Assembly: GCA_028534125.1 (NCBI GenBank) | Contig: CM052817.1 | Span: forward strand, 70,496,001-70,560,000 | Reading direction: 5' to 3' | Source: Lama glama | Taxonomy: Eukaryota | Length of the DNA stretch: 64,000 bases | Shown here: in pieces, positions 37,591 to 51,585 of the stretch | How the letters are laid out: each line of letters starts with the position of its first letter | Position numbering within the stretch: the stretch's first letter is position 1 | The notes under the pieces: model-generated | Database searches by the model: none | What the model was told of the DNA's origin: nothing | Seen by the model: only the letters and a program-made list of their open reading frames with translations | Position numbers and translations under genes: made by a program

Positions 37591-39822
37591 TCCCAGCTCG
37601 AACGCTTTTAAGAATGAAATATTAACACAGGGCTTGGAATGTGCAACTTCTTTTCCTGGATTAATTAATTCCAAAAGAGCTTTTGAGCCTCTCAAATTTA
37701 ACATAAGCTATCGAGTTCCTAAGTAGTTACAAGGCCAAGGTGGAGAAATCAGCTGAAGGCAGGGACCATCTGCTCTGGAGAGCTGCATACCAATGCTGTC
37801 AGTCAAGTCTTTGACAGTTCTTGAATAAAACTGTCTGTCAAATGCCTGGTTTCTTTTGGTCTGGTCTTATTTCATTCAGTCTCATCAATTTGCACATCTA
37901 CAATGAGGAATTATTCTAGAATGTCTCCCTTTCTTGATTCCTGCCTCTTTAAAATTTGAAATTTTTTCAAGAGACTCCAGATGGCACCTCAGTCAATTAA
38001 CTTTGAGAATCACACTCCAGTTTAGCTCTTAGGGTGAGGGGCACTTGGAGAGTCAGATATATGATCCAGTTAAGATGGTTAACAGGCTGCGTAAATACAA
38101 GTGTAACACTTTACACTGCACCATTTGACTTAAACTATGCCTTCACAAATTCTTAGCCATTTCATTTGCTCTCCTGGTTAATCTACCCCAGGGCTGAGAC
38201 CTGATACTCTTGTGACACTGTGGAGCTCTCGGAAGTAGCAGCTGATTTACCAAACGGTAAACCCTCTTGAGCCCCGGGGCCTTCTGCCAAAAGACTACTT
38301 GAGATTTGCTGCTCCATTTTTAGTACATGTGCTGGGTTTCTTGATACAATGCTTGAATGCATCAGCAGCGTGAGGCTCTTCGCTTTTCGTTATTTTTAAT
38401 TCAGATGATCTTCGAAGGTCTTGGTTTGACCTTCGAATTAAGACAGTTGCAGATTCAGATAATTCATTCTTTTAGAACTCACCTCTTTCCAGAAGCATTC
38501 TTGGATAAAGCCAACCTTCCTTTATCACTGAATGCACAGCTGGTACTATTTGTATTCACTTTGGCCTCCTTATCTGGTTATGTCTTGCAGATTTTTTTTC
38601 TCTGCAATTAGATTGTAACCTTTTCTAGATTCCTTTTCTAGGGAAAATAGCTGCTTCCTTTACAGTATCGAGTAAATACACACAGTGTATTAATAAAAGG
38701 TTGTACGATGACGAATCAATTATAATGATATTATTGAATTCACTGGAGCAATTAGCAAAATAGAATCCATAAATGGGTGTAGAGTGTTTCCATTTCACAC
38801 TAGGAGTACACCGTGTTTTGTACATTGTAATGTGATAAATATTTACTGAATGAATGAGTTCACTTACAGTGAACGTGGAATTATGGGATTGGGATGTACG
38901 CCAAAGAAATCACCATGTGGCCCTGTATTTTCAAGCGAATTATCCCAGACTGATGAAACTCTAGTTTTAAAAGACCACAAACTTGCACAACGAATCATTC
39001 CAACATTTTGAAGCCCTCACTATTAGGATACTTTCTTTACATCCTATTCTGGATGGTGGGGAAATGGCTGACACAATTTCACTCAGAAACAAAAAACCTC
39101 CTACGTTTTCCAAGGTGAGGAAAAGAAAAAGTGGGAGAAAAACAGAGAAAGAGGGAGAGAAGTTCCAGACAGATGACCAGCTGCTGCTGCTGCTGCAGTA
39201 CATTTTTTTGTGGCAGATATTTATCTTCCATTCTGGATGTCTTTTTTTTTCCCCAAAGATATGGAAACATGGCCTAGCAATAGAGAGGTTTGTGAAAGGT
39301 TTTTGTTTTGTAATGCACTGAAATTATTTCCTTATGGTTAAAGAAAGACAGACTATTTTTCGGCTGAAAAAAAAAAAAGAGCACGTGTAACTTAGGTTTT
39401 GTAATTTCCTTTAAAAAAAGTTATAACTTACTCTGAATGAATACAGTAGCTTTATATAAAAGATTATCAACCAGAAAACGTAGTCCTGGAAATTTTAGCT
39501 CCACTGACTTCAACTTTCTGGATTAAGGCCAAATGAAAATATCTTCCTTATGGGTTAAGAAGGAAGAGTCTGAACTATTTCTTTTAGCTATGAAAATGTA
39601 TGCATTGTTTTTTTATTAAGGCAGCCATATTCTATTTTAATATTCTGTTGTTCTCTCAGTGTGAGGGCTCTTAATAGAACCTGAGACGGTATCTATTTCC
39701 ATGCACTATTAGATGGCCCTTTATTTCTTCCGGGAAGTGAGCATTTCAGATCAACCCAAATGGAAAGGCCATATGCTGTGTTTTCTTTAGATCACAGCTT
39801 AATAACTTCAGGAGCAACTTAC

Positions 39823-39876
39823 TCTTTCTCCTTTGGGACCTGCAGGGCCATGGGGTCCCACAGGGCCATCTGTACC
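39823..39876 (-). CDS. COL25A1: COL25A1 exon (GTDGPVGPHGPAGPKGER)
   Basis: Acceptor atcttttttag, donor gtaagt, 54 nt. Confidence 0.95.
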
Positions 39877-40819
39877 CTAAAAAAGATAACAATAAGATAA
39901 TATGAGACATATCCCAAGGGCTGTAAGGCAAGCAGTTATAATTTTTCCTGGACTTTTTCCTGGGTGAATGATGCCTTAGAATGTAAGCAAGACAACACAT
40001 CTCCTTTCAGACTGCTTTATGCTTGATTCTTTCAGGTCAGTCGTTTTCAAGAAACTCATGCAAAAAGGATGAATTATATAACTGCATATTTCAATGAAAG
40101 GCACACACACACAAAACCTGTATACCATATTTAATTAGATATTTCCTCCCTGACTAAGTGGAACACCTTCACTTTGCCTCCAAAATCTTAAGAAGAAAAA
40201 TGTCATTGTCCTTCTGTCACATCATCTCTTGTTTACATCCATTCTCTGCCCCCACAGTTACCCCCACTCTTCTTGGCCACAAACACTCTGAAGCCTTGTT
40301 TTCAGCTGTTTAAGAGGCTCGAACAGTTACACAAGTCAAAAAATATTTTTGAATAAATGAGAACAGTGTTTAACTGTTTAAACTTTCTTCAGCTCTGTGG
40401 GAAGCAACAGGGGGCTTAGAAGGAAGGATTTATTCTTACACGTTCTGCTGCAGTGGCTCAAGTCACTGAGCTTACAAGGCACAAACCAGGCAGCTGGATG
40501 ATTTAATGACACAATTGCCCTCTGGCCTCCTGGTTCAGGATTAGGATTTCTGTGGCAGACGAGGTAATAGCTGAATGAATATAGTGAACACTGAGGTCCA
40601 GTGAAAATAATGACTGCCTGAAGCAGGTTTTTAGAACTAAAGAGCTTGGATTTTTTTTGATTTGTAAAAATGTAGCAGGGAATTCAAGTATATTTGCTCA
40701 TTTTCAGGAATACTAGGCTTAGATTTGCAAATAATTTATAATGATATTTGCAAACAAAGGAAGTATCCCAGCACGAACTTTATAGTATTCCTATTTCTTT
40801 ATACTATTGTTTTTTATTC

Positions 40820-40960
40820 ATAAAAAAATTTTTTTTTCTTAGGGGGAGTAATTAGGTTTACTTATTATTATTTTTTTTTTTTTGTGGAAGTACTGGGGAT
40901 TGAACCCAGGACCTTGTGTATGTTAAGCATGAGTGCTACCACTGAGCTATACCCTCCCCT
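40820..40960 (-). mobile_element. Vic-1-like SINE
   Basis: gtaattaggttta...gtactggggattgaacccagg...ctaccactgagctataccctcccc. Confidence 0.9.
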
Positions 40961-41642
40961 CCTTGTTTATTCTATTAGAACCTTGTGATATGAAATATTC
41001 AGGGCTTTAAACTCATTCTAATATTGGTGAATTATCATCATCAGTTTGATTTTTTTCACTGCTTGAGCTCAAAGTTCATCTTCAGAAGACTTCTAAATAT
41101 TGAGGATCTGAAGCTGAAATGTAAGAGATGGCACTGTTAAGAACCATGGAAAAGAGACAAAATGACAGAAGACAGACAAGTCATTTTGATGAACAGAGAT
41201 TTGAAAGTTAGTTCCAAGGAAGAAGTTACATTTCTAATATGCACATAAACATTAAAAGGAAAAGCAAATTCAAATAAATTCACATGACTTTAATTCCTTC
41301 AGAGGGCCTCTATCATGGAATTGCAGGAAATGTCCATCAATTATGGAAAAACCTGTCTGGGATTCTAAGACAGTGAAGCCAATTAGACTGGTCATTCTTC
41401 CACCTTGCAAGTTCTCCAGACTTGAACCTGGGCTTCAGAAAGATGTTCTGTAGTTTAGGCTGGACGTCAAACAGAGCTGCCACCCAGACTCTGTCTACCT
41501 TTCCCTTTTCTGTCACTATCTTTGTCCACCTTCTCCTTTCGCTCCAGTCCTGTGTAGCCCTCATCATTTGATGAGAGTCTGTCCTGAAGCACAAAATTCA
41601 TAGCCACAAAACATGTTGGAGCAAGATGAGGTACTGACTCAC

Positions 41643-41678
41643 CCGGGATCCTGGCTTCCCGTCTAAGCCAGATGCTCC
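41643..41678 (-). CDS. COL25A1: COL25A1 36-nt cassette exon (GASGLDGKPGSR)
   Basis: Atypical AC-rich acceptor ccaaatcacacag, donor gtgagt, 12 codons of Gly-X-Y. Confidence 0.88.
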
Positions 41679-44196
41679 CTGTGTGATTTGGTTGGTAGCA
41701 GGGTTGGTGGGTGTAACACGAATGACAAGAACAGAGATTAGTATGAGGTACCGATGAACAAATGTAACACTTCAAACAACATAATACGCAGTCACAGGGT
41801 TCTGGGATGAATATCACATTGTTACAAATTGTTAGTTTAAAAAAAAAAAACAAACACATGACAATAAACACCCCACAGATGATGGCATTTTAATGACATT
41901 TCCATTTGACAAATTCTTACTGAGAAATCAAGTTAATGAGGTTTATAAAGTAGGCTTTAAAATAATTACCAGTAACAGTCTGGGTTGCTAATTTCTATAT
42001 GAAATTCATTTCAAAAGACTGTAAAATATATTTCACGATATATTTCTTAAAGTTCTGAAGAAAAAATAATGGTCAGTCTCCTAGGAAAGGGCTCATTATA
42101 ATCATCAATCAAGGTTAGAATTTCAGAGGAAAAGAAAAGAACTCTAGTTTTACTTGTTAAAAGAGCATTTATGAATAACAAATGCAGAATTTTAACATGT
42201 CAAGGTGACTGGATTTCACATGAACAATAATACTCTGTTTTCTGGGTTGCTCTTACTGTGTTCACATTAGTCACCACTAGGGGGACTTCTAGGAGCAGGA
42301 AAATGCTGGAAAAATGTCATGCAACCAAACAAAAAAATAACTGTCCCAAACAAAATTGTTCCTCAGTTTACCTCAAGTAGTCAAGCATCAAAGTCTAAAT
42401 GGGAAATGCTTTAAAAATCTAATGTTGTTTTCAGGCAATGAACGTTTTTCTTTACCTTGAACTCTTAGCTATGTATAACGTATGATTGATAGATGACATT
42501 TTCAATTCTTGTTTCAAGAATAAGCGCAATTACTTTTTTGACATGGCTTTTATATCTCAAAACTGAAATGTTTATTTATAGTCCTTTAAAAATGTTGATT
42601 ACAGCAAGGAGTATTTAAGAAAGACAATGCACTAGTTCTATACATTTTCTTGGCAAGGTTGCCAAACTATTTCCCCATTTTATGCTTCAGATGTAGTTAA
42701 TAATACAAAATGGAAGAAAAAAAATCTATTCCAGCTGCATACTCTACCAATGTTTCTATAACATATTTTTTTGAAGGGGGAGTACTTTAATTTTTCATTT
42801 TACAATTCCTTCTGTATAATCCTGAGTCAGATTATAACTGAAAGATATGTCTTCAGTTAGCAATGATTAAAACTTTAAAAAAATGTGTGTTGTTTGTTTA
42901 ATGCTAGCATATATACAGCTTTAGGCTAAATGTTGCATAAAAATTATCACTAGTCCTAGATTTGATATTAGGGCGAACTCTAAAAAAATCAGATTGAAAG
43001 TTTAGATAAAATAGAAATCCCAACTTTGTTTTGCTCTTTGATACTTTCTTCAGAGTCATCATTATTATAATATTTAAAAATAATCAGGAGATGATAAAGT
43101 TTTGCACTGATAATATTATATTATATTTACCTGAAATGTGAATTAAAGACTTACACGTTATAGAGGTTTCAATGTGTGTGACATGATCTAATTGGTGTGA
43201 TTTAACCTATGCTCTAAGGCTTGTATCATTCATTCAATAAGTGAATACACATTAAGCATCCACTACATGCCTGATCTCTGTGAGGCATTTGCTATCAAGA
43301 GGAATACTTCAGTACTTAGAGTACAGCACCCATGGGAAAAATTTTAAAAAAGTGGTCACCAGCATTTTTAAGCATAAAATATGTGTATAAACTATATTCT
43401 GTTACCAATTTCATGTCACATTTTAAAAATGTAATCTATAATGTCTTTTGCTGACTTCTGTTTGCTTTCAGTGAATAGACAGCATATTAAAAGCTTGAAA
43501 CTAAAACCTTATATTTAATAATCATTTCAAAACATCTTTTTAGTTGTGGAAAGGAGACTAGATAAAGTGTATGAAAGGTGAAAATCTCTTTTCATTAAAA
43601 GTAAAAAAAACCTCAGAACAGCTGCAAAATACTGCTTCCATACTCTCCATGATTGCCCCAAGAACCTCATAAGAGGGCATTTCCAACACAAATGACATAC
43701 AACATGTAGACCACGATATGACTGATTAATGTCCGGAGCCACCGCACTGACCTCACACTTTCAACAATGGCCAGCTGTACACCTGCCACCACCAGAGGGC
43801 TACGGTTTTTGGTATCAAAAAGAAAAAAAAATTGGGGGAGGATTTTAAACTACCCTAAATTATAAAAACATTCGGGAGAAATGATGAAATAATCAGCACA
43901 GCACTTCTTTAAAGGGGAGGGTGATGGGAGAGACTTGTCAGCCTTAAAAGAGGAAGGTTGGCTGTATGTAATTGAAGGACAGGGCAGTCGTGGCCTTGTT
44001 TGTTATGGGGTCTTCCTCTGACACAAGAGCAGACATCAGAGAAAACAAAACTGGGATGAGCTCTGCTCGAACACAATGCGTTTTCCAATTATGGAAGTCT
44101 TAACTGCAAGACAGTCACCGAGTAAACCAGAGTTTGTTCCTTAGGGCAGAAAGAAAAGTGAGATTGGCACTGAAATGGAAAGTTTTCTTTACTTAC

Positions 44197-44277
44197 TGGA
44201 AGGCCAAGGGGTCCTCTGTCACCCTTTTGACCTGGTTCACCCTTCAATCCTTTAACACCATTTAACCCTGGTTCACC
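44197..44277 (-). CDS. COL25A1: COL25A1 81-nt cassette exon (GEPGLNGVKGLKGEPGQKGDRGPLGLP)
   Basis: Acceptor cttttgcatttag, donor gtaagt, 9 perfect Gly-X-Y triplets. Confidence 0.9.
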
Positions 44278-45449
44278 CTAAATGCAAAAGCAAATGCCAA
44301 TTTTGGTTGCTATCATGGGTGTTTCAACTGCGAGAGAAGAGAGCCAGTCTCTGAAATGGTTGCAGATTCCAGTTTTAGGTAACAGCAGAGTCAGGCTACA
44401 TTTGTCTTCCATCAGTTCAAAATTAATTTAGAATATTTTAAAAATGAGCAAACAAATTGACAATTAAATAATGTTCTAGGAAGCAAAACTCCTGAGAAAA
44501 TGTGCTCCTCACAATCAAAATGTATACTGTTGAGTACCTGAATTTTTCAGTTCTATCTTAAGGAAACTGGTGGAATCCTACATTGTTCTGACCAAGCAAA
44601 TCAAAGACAATCAGAGTGGAGGATGCTCAGGGAGGTTCAGGAGGAGAGACCCGCTCTGCTGGAATGGAAAACTGGAATATGCAGGACAGGTTATATACGG
44701 ATATTTTAAGCCTTTAAGCATTTTGCCCAGGGGAATGAGCCAAAAATGTAGCAGCTGATGTCTGAAGTAATGCCAGTTAGCGAATCCTCACTCACTGACA
44801 TTGCCAAGTCAGGTCCCTACATGGATTAATCAATAGAATACACAACAAATAGCCAATCCTAGAAGAGAATGTGAGAGAATGTGAAGATCACAGGACTTAA
44901 ATGTGGTTTTACAAACTACAATTTACAAATTGTCTGTCTGCCCAATATTAGAATAAAGGAGGTTTGAATTTAACTTAAGGTGACATTACAAACGTCCTGA
45001 TAAGTGATCAAGTCTGCTGACTCTGATTTTTAAAAACCTAAGAATACAGGACACTCTCTTCTGTCAGCAGCAGCAGAGAAATAGAGTTTTGTTCCCTTTT
45101 CAATTTTTAAGTACAGATGTTAATTTCATCAAGAAAATCTTGAAAGACTTGTGAAAGGAAGATGATTTCAGTCTCAAATGCCCTGTAGAGCCTTGCATGT
45201 GGGGTCTGGAGAGGAGAGAGATTATGCTTACATGGCAGGAGGGACTGCTAACCTGGGAAGTATTTCCCCCCATTTGCCTGATGATGAAAGTCAATGTGGT
45301 GCCTGTTAGAGTCCACGGTCCCACCTAGACCATAGCAGCACAGGAACGGGTATTTTTAATAAGCCTCCCAGGTGATTCTTCTCATCCAGAAATTTTTGGA
45401 AATCGTGAGCTAGACTTATCCATGCAACCATTCTATATATTTGAACTTT

Positions 45450-45594
45450 GTTTTTTGTTTGTTTGCTTTTTTTGGGGGGGGGGAGGTAAATTAGGTTCAT
45501 TTATTTATTTATTTTAATGGCAGTACTGGAGATTGAACCCAGGACCTCATGCATGCTAAGCACATGCTCTACCTACTGAGATATACCCTTCCCC
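45450..45594 (-). mobile_element. Vic-1-like SINE
   Basis: ggaggtaaattaggtt...gattgaacccaggacc...ctgagatatacccttcccc; TSD ttgaacttt (45441-45449, 45595-45603). Confidence 0.9.
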
Positions 45595-47765
45595 TTGAAC
45601 TTTCAAAGGGGTCACAAAATAATAAACACATTGGCATGACCTAGTGGATTCTGGTGATAGGAAGTTTGCAATGCTGCCACTATAGGAAATCCAAATGTGC
45701 TTTGGTCCGTAAACTATGATTGTGGGCATGTCACAGAGCTAGTTTCGATGTGAGATTAAGGCCAAGGTTCAGTAATCAACTTCAGTTACCTGGTCTAAAC
45801 GAGAGTTCTGGCTTTGCATGCATGTGGACTTCGATTCAGCAAGTGATCTTAAGATGATGGACAGGCATGGCAGCCTTGGTAAGCTATGAAACTTTTTGGT
45901 GAGGAATCACATACTGATGGGAGTGGGCATTAATTGAGAAGGTGAGTTTATAAACAATCAGATTCAGTGGCAAAAATTTCAAATTTCTGCTCTGGTCCCT
46001 AAATTCACATCTCAGATCTATCATTTAACTAGCAGTGTAATTCAGGGCAAATAACTTAAATTTCCTGGGCCTATAGTTTATCGTCTATAAAAATCAAGGA
46101 ACTAGCATAGGTAGTCTTTGAGGTGTTTTCAACTTTATAATTCTCTGCGATCTATGGTTTAAGTAACAATTGAAGTTAAATGCAGGCAAAATAGACCACT
46201 GCTTTGTAGATATCAAAAGGACCTTGGGCAGCTATGAATCTAATGGTGATGGGATAACTGAGCACAGTTTTGGTGGCTTTGATCTGAATCATTACAATTA
46301 GTCTGGTCTTTAGTGGTGCCTTAAAATCCAAGGAGAAGCCAAGAGTGGTAAATATCATTTAGTCCAGAGTGGGCAAAGAGGCCCGGAGAGGTTAGATAAC
46401 TGCCAACACCACAAAGCTGGTAGACAAGCACTCTTTTGACCCCCACAGCAATGCTCTCAACCCCAACTATGATCCATGCTTCTGAGACTATCCCTCACTG
46501 GCCTGATCAGAAGGCGAGGGATTCTAAGAAGAACAGAGTCATGAACTCTTCCTTTTCTTGGATGAGTCACCTGCTTCACCTCGGAAAGGACACTCAGATT
46601 CCTGCAGTCAGACCAGTACCTCCATCACCCCTAAAGCTGGGTAGGCCAGGGGAATCCTCAGAGGAGAGAGGGGGCTGCCTCTACACTTTCTGATTCTTAA
46701 TGCCAACATTGCACTTATGTGTCCCCCCACCCCTCACCATTTAAATGCACCAACTCACTACTGAGGAGCTTTCAAGAGTCCTTGAACCTTGTCTAAAGCA
46801 GGCTTGAGGACTAGCTAAATTTTCTTATTCAGAACAAAGTATCAAAACACAGGAAAACAACAACAACTGACATTTAGTGGGTGTTTATTAACAGCTGCAC
46901 CAAGTATTTTGCTAAGTGTTTTATAATCATATAGTCATTAAATCATCACAACACTCTGAGGTAAGCCACCTTGTTGTATAAATGAAGGATCAGAGAGTGT
47001 AAGTATTCTGCCCCATGTGATACAGCCTGTCACTGGTAAAGCTGACATTAGAACATGGGTCCTCATCACATATGCTCACTGGAAGATTAAGCTCACCTTT
47101 CAGGGCTCATTTTAATCCTCCAAGATGTCCTCTTGGGCTACACGAAGGCAACAACAGGTGAAGACTATCTTCACAATACAAGCTACACTACTTCTGACAA
47201 GGAAGGGCCAGTCTCCATTGTTCTCTTTTTAATCCAGACTATGAAATACATGTGATGTAACCATCTCTTCACTATAGCACACCTGATACACCCTACCCCA
47301 TTCTAGACTAGTGACCTCTGGGGGAATGAAAAATTAAGACATGGGATACCGAAAGTGTTTAGAAACAGCAGCGCTATATGACAAGCAAAAAGTATCAATG
47401 AATAACGTCTGAATATACAACTAAAGACACCATATTAAGAAAGAGAATTTGGACTAGTCTGAGGCTCTCATCAGATTCACCTCCAAATGGTTGATTCTGA
47501 GTATATTATGATTAGTAACCTAAGAAACTCACTTGGTGACAAGAAAAAAGGCAAAATGAGGACTAATTCATCTCCAGGTGATACCACTTAAATTTGTTGT
47601 AAGTCGTTTGTTGTTGTGAGATTTAAACATCTGGATACTTAAAGGCTTAAAGATCATCAACATCACTTGACAAATAAATAAGACAGGACAGACATGCTTC
47701 CACCATGCTTCTCCATGATTAACAAGGAAACAGACATCAAACAATCAAGAGATTTGTTGAATTAC

Positions 47766-47792
47766 CTTTGGTCCCGGAAGTCCATGGGGTCC
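47766..47792 (-). CDS. COL25A1: COL25A1 27-nt exon (GPHGLPGPK)
   Basis: Acceptor ttttatttccag, donor gtaatt. Confidence 0.93.
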
Positions 47793-49882
47793 CTGGAAAT
47801 AAAAAACACAACTTTTAATTAAGAACTGATTCGCTATTTCCCAGCAGAAGTGACTATCATACAGGGTAGCAAAAGAGATGTAAAATGAGAATCTTTTTGT
47901 TTGTGCTGTAGTTAGAGACAGTTGATGTTAATACCTAGTGAAAGTTCCTTTCGACTCTTGGATTGTTCGGTAATAAGAAATTCATTAATTGCAATCTTTT
48001 TTGCTAAGTACCTATGAAAGGGAGGGGGCAATGTGCCAGGGTTATATGTAAGGAAAAAAAACCCAGAAAAAAAAGTATTTGTGAGCCCCACTACTCCTAT
48101 TTTTCAAATCTGTATTTTAAAAAAACTAGGTGGAATATGTGAGATACATTACAAATTAATATGAAATAGAGGTAGGTCTTAAAAGACAGAAGTTTGCCAA
48201 AGAAAGTTCCAAACTTTAAGTACCAGTGAAGAGGAGACTTTTTCTACTACTAACTCCTGTAGACTCAAAGTGTTGAGGAATCTAAAGGAAGAGGAAATGA
48301 GGAGATGACAGTCAAGCTTGGAACTTTGTTGCATAGTTTCTTTAATTTAAGGCTAAGGAAAGGATTCTATACAGGGGCATCAAGCATTATTATTCATAAT
48401 GCATTTATTTTCACAAAGATGAATTCATCAAGGCTCTTATAACAACCACCAATGGAAGGAAGTCATAATACATTCATGAGTCAGGGTCTTTCCCCTGCTT
48501 TTTGTGGAAAATCTAAATATAGAGACTAATTAGCCAAACTGAATTAACTAAAGGTTACTGTGGATTGCTTTAAACTTTTCAAGTCATTTAAGTAAACTAT
48601 TTGGAGATAGGAGTATTTAAATACTCATCAGCAAAATCATATAACAGTAGGAAAAAGCTTTTTTATTTTTTTATCAAGGATTATGTAGATATTTGTTACA
48701 TATGTCTATGTTGGAACAATATTTTCCCTTTACATAAGTTGTGGATACACATTTTCAGGAAATGGCCATTTTATCAAGTATTCTTATTTTACTTTAGTAA
48801 TGGTATAAATTTATTTAAACTAATTAATTTTATGATATAAATGGGTATAGCATTTTAAAATTTAACTTTCTAACTTAAAGCGGAGGGAGTATAAATAAGC
48901 CAAAAGTATGCCATTTGCTTAATTCTTAAAGAACTGTTCAGTTTTAAGAAATAAGGTTAATTATAATTGTTCTGTGGTATGAAACAGAAATGGCAGTTAG
49001 TAAGAAAGAGCTGACTGGGTCTGGGGCTACGCTCTGTGGTTTAGATGATTCCAGTGATGCTCCTTCTTGGACCACAAAAGGAGGAAAGAGTGACCCACAG
49101 TTTATTTAATCTCTGTGATTGAAGTCATGTGATTAATTGAGATTGTATTCTAGATGAATGTGATCCTAGAGGCTGTGTGACTTGTTCCCATCCTGGCCCA
49201 GTCAAAAGCATTTGAAGCATTCTGCCTTCTACAAAGTTTTAGCTTTAACATAACTGCCATTAGGCAGACATTTGAAGAATTATGCTAGATTAGTGGCTAC
49301 CTTCTTCACTGAACGTAAATTCTATGAGGACATGGTGACCGTCTTCACTGATCACCAACAGATACTTGTGTAAACACTGTATTTACCGAAGTACGTACAA
49401 GTGAAAAGAAAAAGATCCAACAATGTATGTCATCTGTAGCAGTGAGCTTCAATTTTTATCATATTATTTTATAAATGTTCTTATTGAACATTTCATTAAA
49501 GGGTCTTCAACCTCAAAGTTGGTTAGAAACATTCATTAATGGCTACAGTTATTAATCTCGTTATGTTATTAATGGCCTAGAATGGTGATTGGTTAGAACG
49601 ATTTTCCAAAGTTCATACTGGAAGGGTGGAGTAAAGCTTGCCAAATCTGTTTGTTTTTCTTTGACTTTCCTGTCACAAAACTACGCTCTCTCTTTCCAGA
49701 GGAATGTGTTTGGAGGAGTGAAAGTCAAAACTGTGAGATCAGAAAAGGGCCTCCTATTTTCTGGCCCTTCGCACAGAGAGTAGTACACAATACAAGCTGG
49801 CTGTTTTGAGGAGGTGTTCCTGTTTTCTCAGATAGCATGCTTTTAAATAAATGACTACAATTTGGAGAGAAGGAAGACTTAC

Positions 49883-49933
49883 CATGGGGCCTGGTGGGCC
49901 ATGGGGACCTGGTGGGCCTGGTGGGCCTATGAT
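49883..49933 (-). CDS. COL25A1: COL25A1 exon (IIGPPGPPGPHGPPGPM)
   Basis: Acceptor ggacatgcag, donor gtaagt, 51 nt; ORF 49754..49939. Confidence 0.94.
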
Positions 49934-50565
49934 CTGCATGTCCGAAAAATAAACATGGATTTGGTTACTTCATTTAGATAAGGCAATTAGGCTTGAATCT
50001 CATGCTGGGGCTCTGCTAAGGCCATTAATCGTTGCAGAGGAAGACGGATACTGGAAGAAGTGATGCATTGGATTCTCTACATTTACAAATTCCTTGGTGA
50101 GAACAAAAAAAAAACTTAAAAAAATACAGTTGTTCTACAAAAGCCAGAATAAATCAAAAGCACATTAAAAGAAAAGGAAGCAACCAATTACCAAGAAACG
50201 CTATAATGCTACCGCTGCCATTAAACGCTCAGATATTTCACTAAACAACAACAGGGCTCTGGAGGGAAAAAGAACGTAGGTTCTACAGCCACAGAGCTCC
50301 ATCTGCAAGCAGCGTGGGAAAACCACTGATTTTCTCCTCAGGGTTAGACAGTCCTCTGAAAAATTGCTTCTAACTCAGACCTCAGAGACACTTTCATCTC
50401 TCGCTGTACAGGGCCGACAGATATTTCTTCTACAGTTTGACAGACCAAGAGGCTCATGGTCTTTCTACTGTTGATAAGCCATCTGGCACAGGCTGCCGCA
50501 GGTGAATAATAGGCCCATCTTAGAGTGTTTTGGGAACCATGCAAGTTCAGCCACCACGGACTTAC

Positions 50566-50628
50566 GGAAGGACCCTGAGGACCTGGCAATCCCGAGTCGC
50601 CTTTTTCTCCTTTCATTCCATTGGCGCC
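50566..50628 (-). CDS. COL25A1: COL25A1 exon (GANGMKGEKGDSGLPGPQGPS)
   Basis: Acceptor ggttatttgtag, donor gtaagt, 63 nt. Confidence 0.95.
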
Positions 50629-51504
50629 CTACAAATAACCATCAAGAGGTGAGCTGGTCCATTTACTTCCAAAGTGTAAGAAACAGCTGAATTTTCTCCA
50701 CAAATCCATCATCCTCTTGACATTTTTATAAAATCATGCACATGATATGTTTTATCCCCTTGCATTTTAGCCTCAAACAGCAACCTTCCTCAGGTCCTGA
50801 GGATTGTGGGTGAGACGTGAAATAAATTAAAAAGTGAATGAAAATTAAGCTATGCCTGATTGGTTAAACTTATACAAAGCTAAATATATCAGAATATTAA
50901 TGTTATATTTTTAATAGTGGTGCTCACTTTAAAAAGCAAAGGTCACTCCCTTAACTTGATTTTCACTGACATTTGTTTATACATTTCCTTGTTTTAAAAA
51001 GTGATCTAGGGCAGTGACGTTTTCTACACTTTTTTCCCCTACATTTTTCTACATGTCCCTCTCCAAATTCTCAGTAAAAATTATGGAGAAAACCATAAAA
51101 ACACCATCCCATAATATTGTACACATAAAGACAACACTTTCCCAAGTAATTTGTTTTTTAATTATTTTACATATTTTGGGTTTTTTTAATTATGGTTTAT
51201 TTTTAAATGATCAGTTACCACCACCTTATGCATACTAAGTTAATGGCCAACTGTATTTATTTTGCTATCTTCTACTGAAAATAATTGAGAAAAGCATAAA
51301 AGTTTATTTTATAATTTATTTAATTGGATGCTTTAAAATTTGTCTTAGAGGCTTAGTTGTAGTAATTAACCAATAATTACCTCAAATATTTAAAAATAAA
51401 AATATTACATGAACCATTAGATGTGACCACAGCTAACAATACAATTATTTTCTGATTATTTAATTTATCTTAATATGAACACATCATAAAAAGTATAAAC
51501 ATAC

Positions 51505-51585
51505 CGGTAATCCAGGAAGTCCAATTCCTCCTTTTTCACCTGGCATACCTGGGTCCCCCGTGTCTCCCTTGGAGCCTTTGAGTCC
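51505..51585 (-). CDS. COL25A1: COL25A1 exon (GLKGSKGDTGDPGMPGEKGGIGLPGLP)
   Basis: Acceptor tcatttttag, donor gtatgt, 81 nt. Confidence 0.95.

Noticed and set aside
38250..38290. Gly/Pro-containing stretch that might be another collagen exon
   Set aside because: No Gly-X-Y periodicity and no convincing splice sites
51543..51551. Internal CAG|GTATGC donor-like site within the 81-nt exon
   Set aside because: Out of frame, and a normal by-product of Pro-Gly-Met codons; no evidence of use
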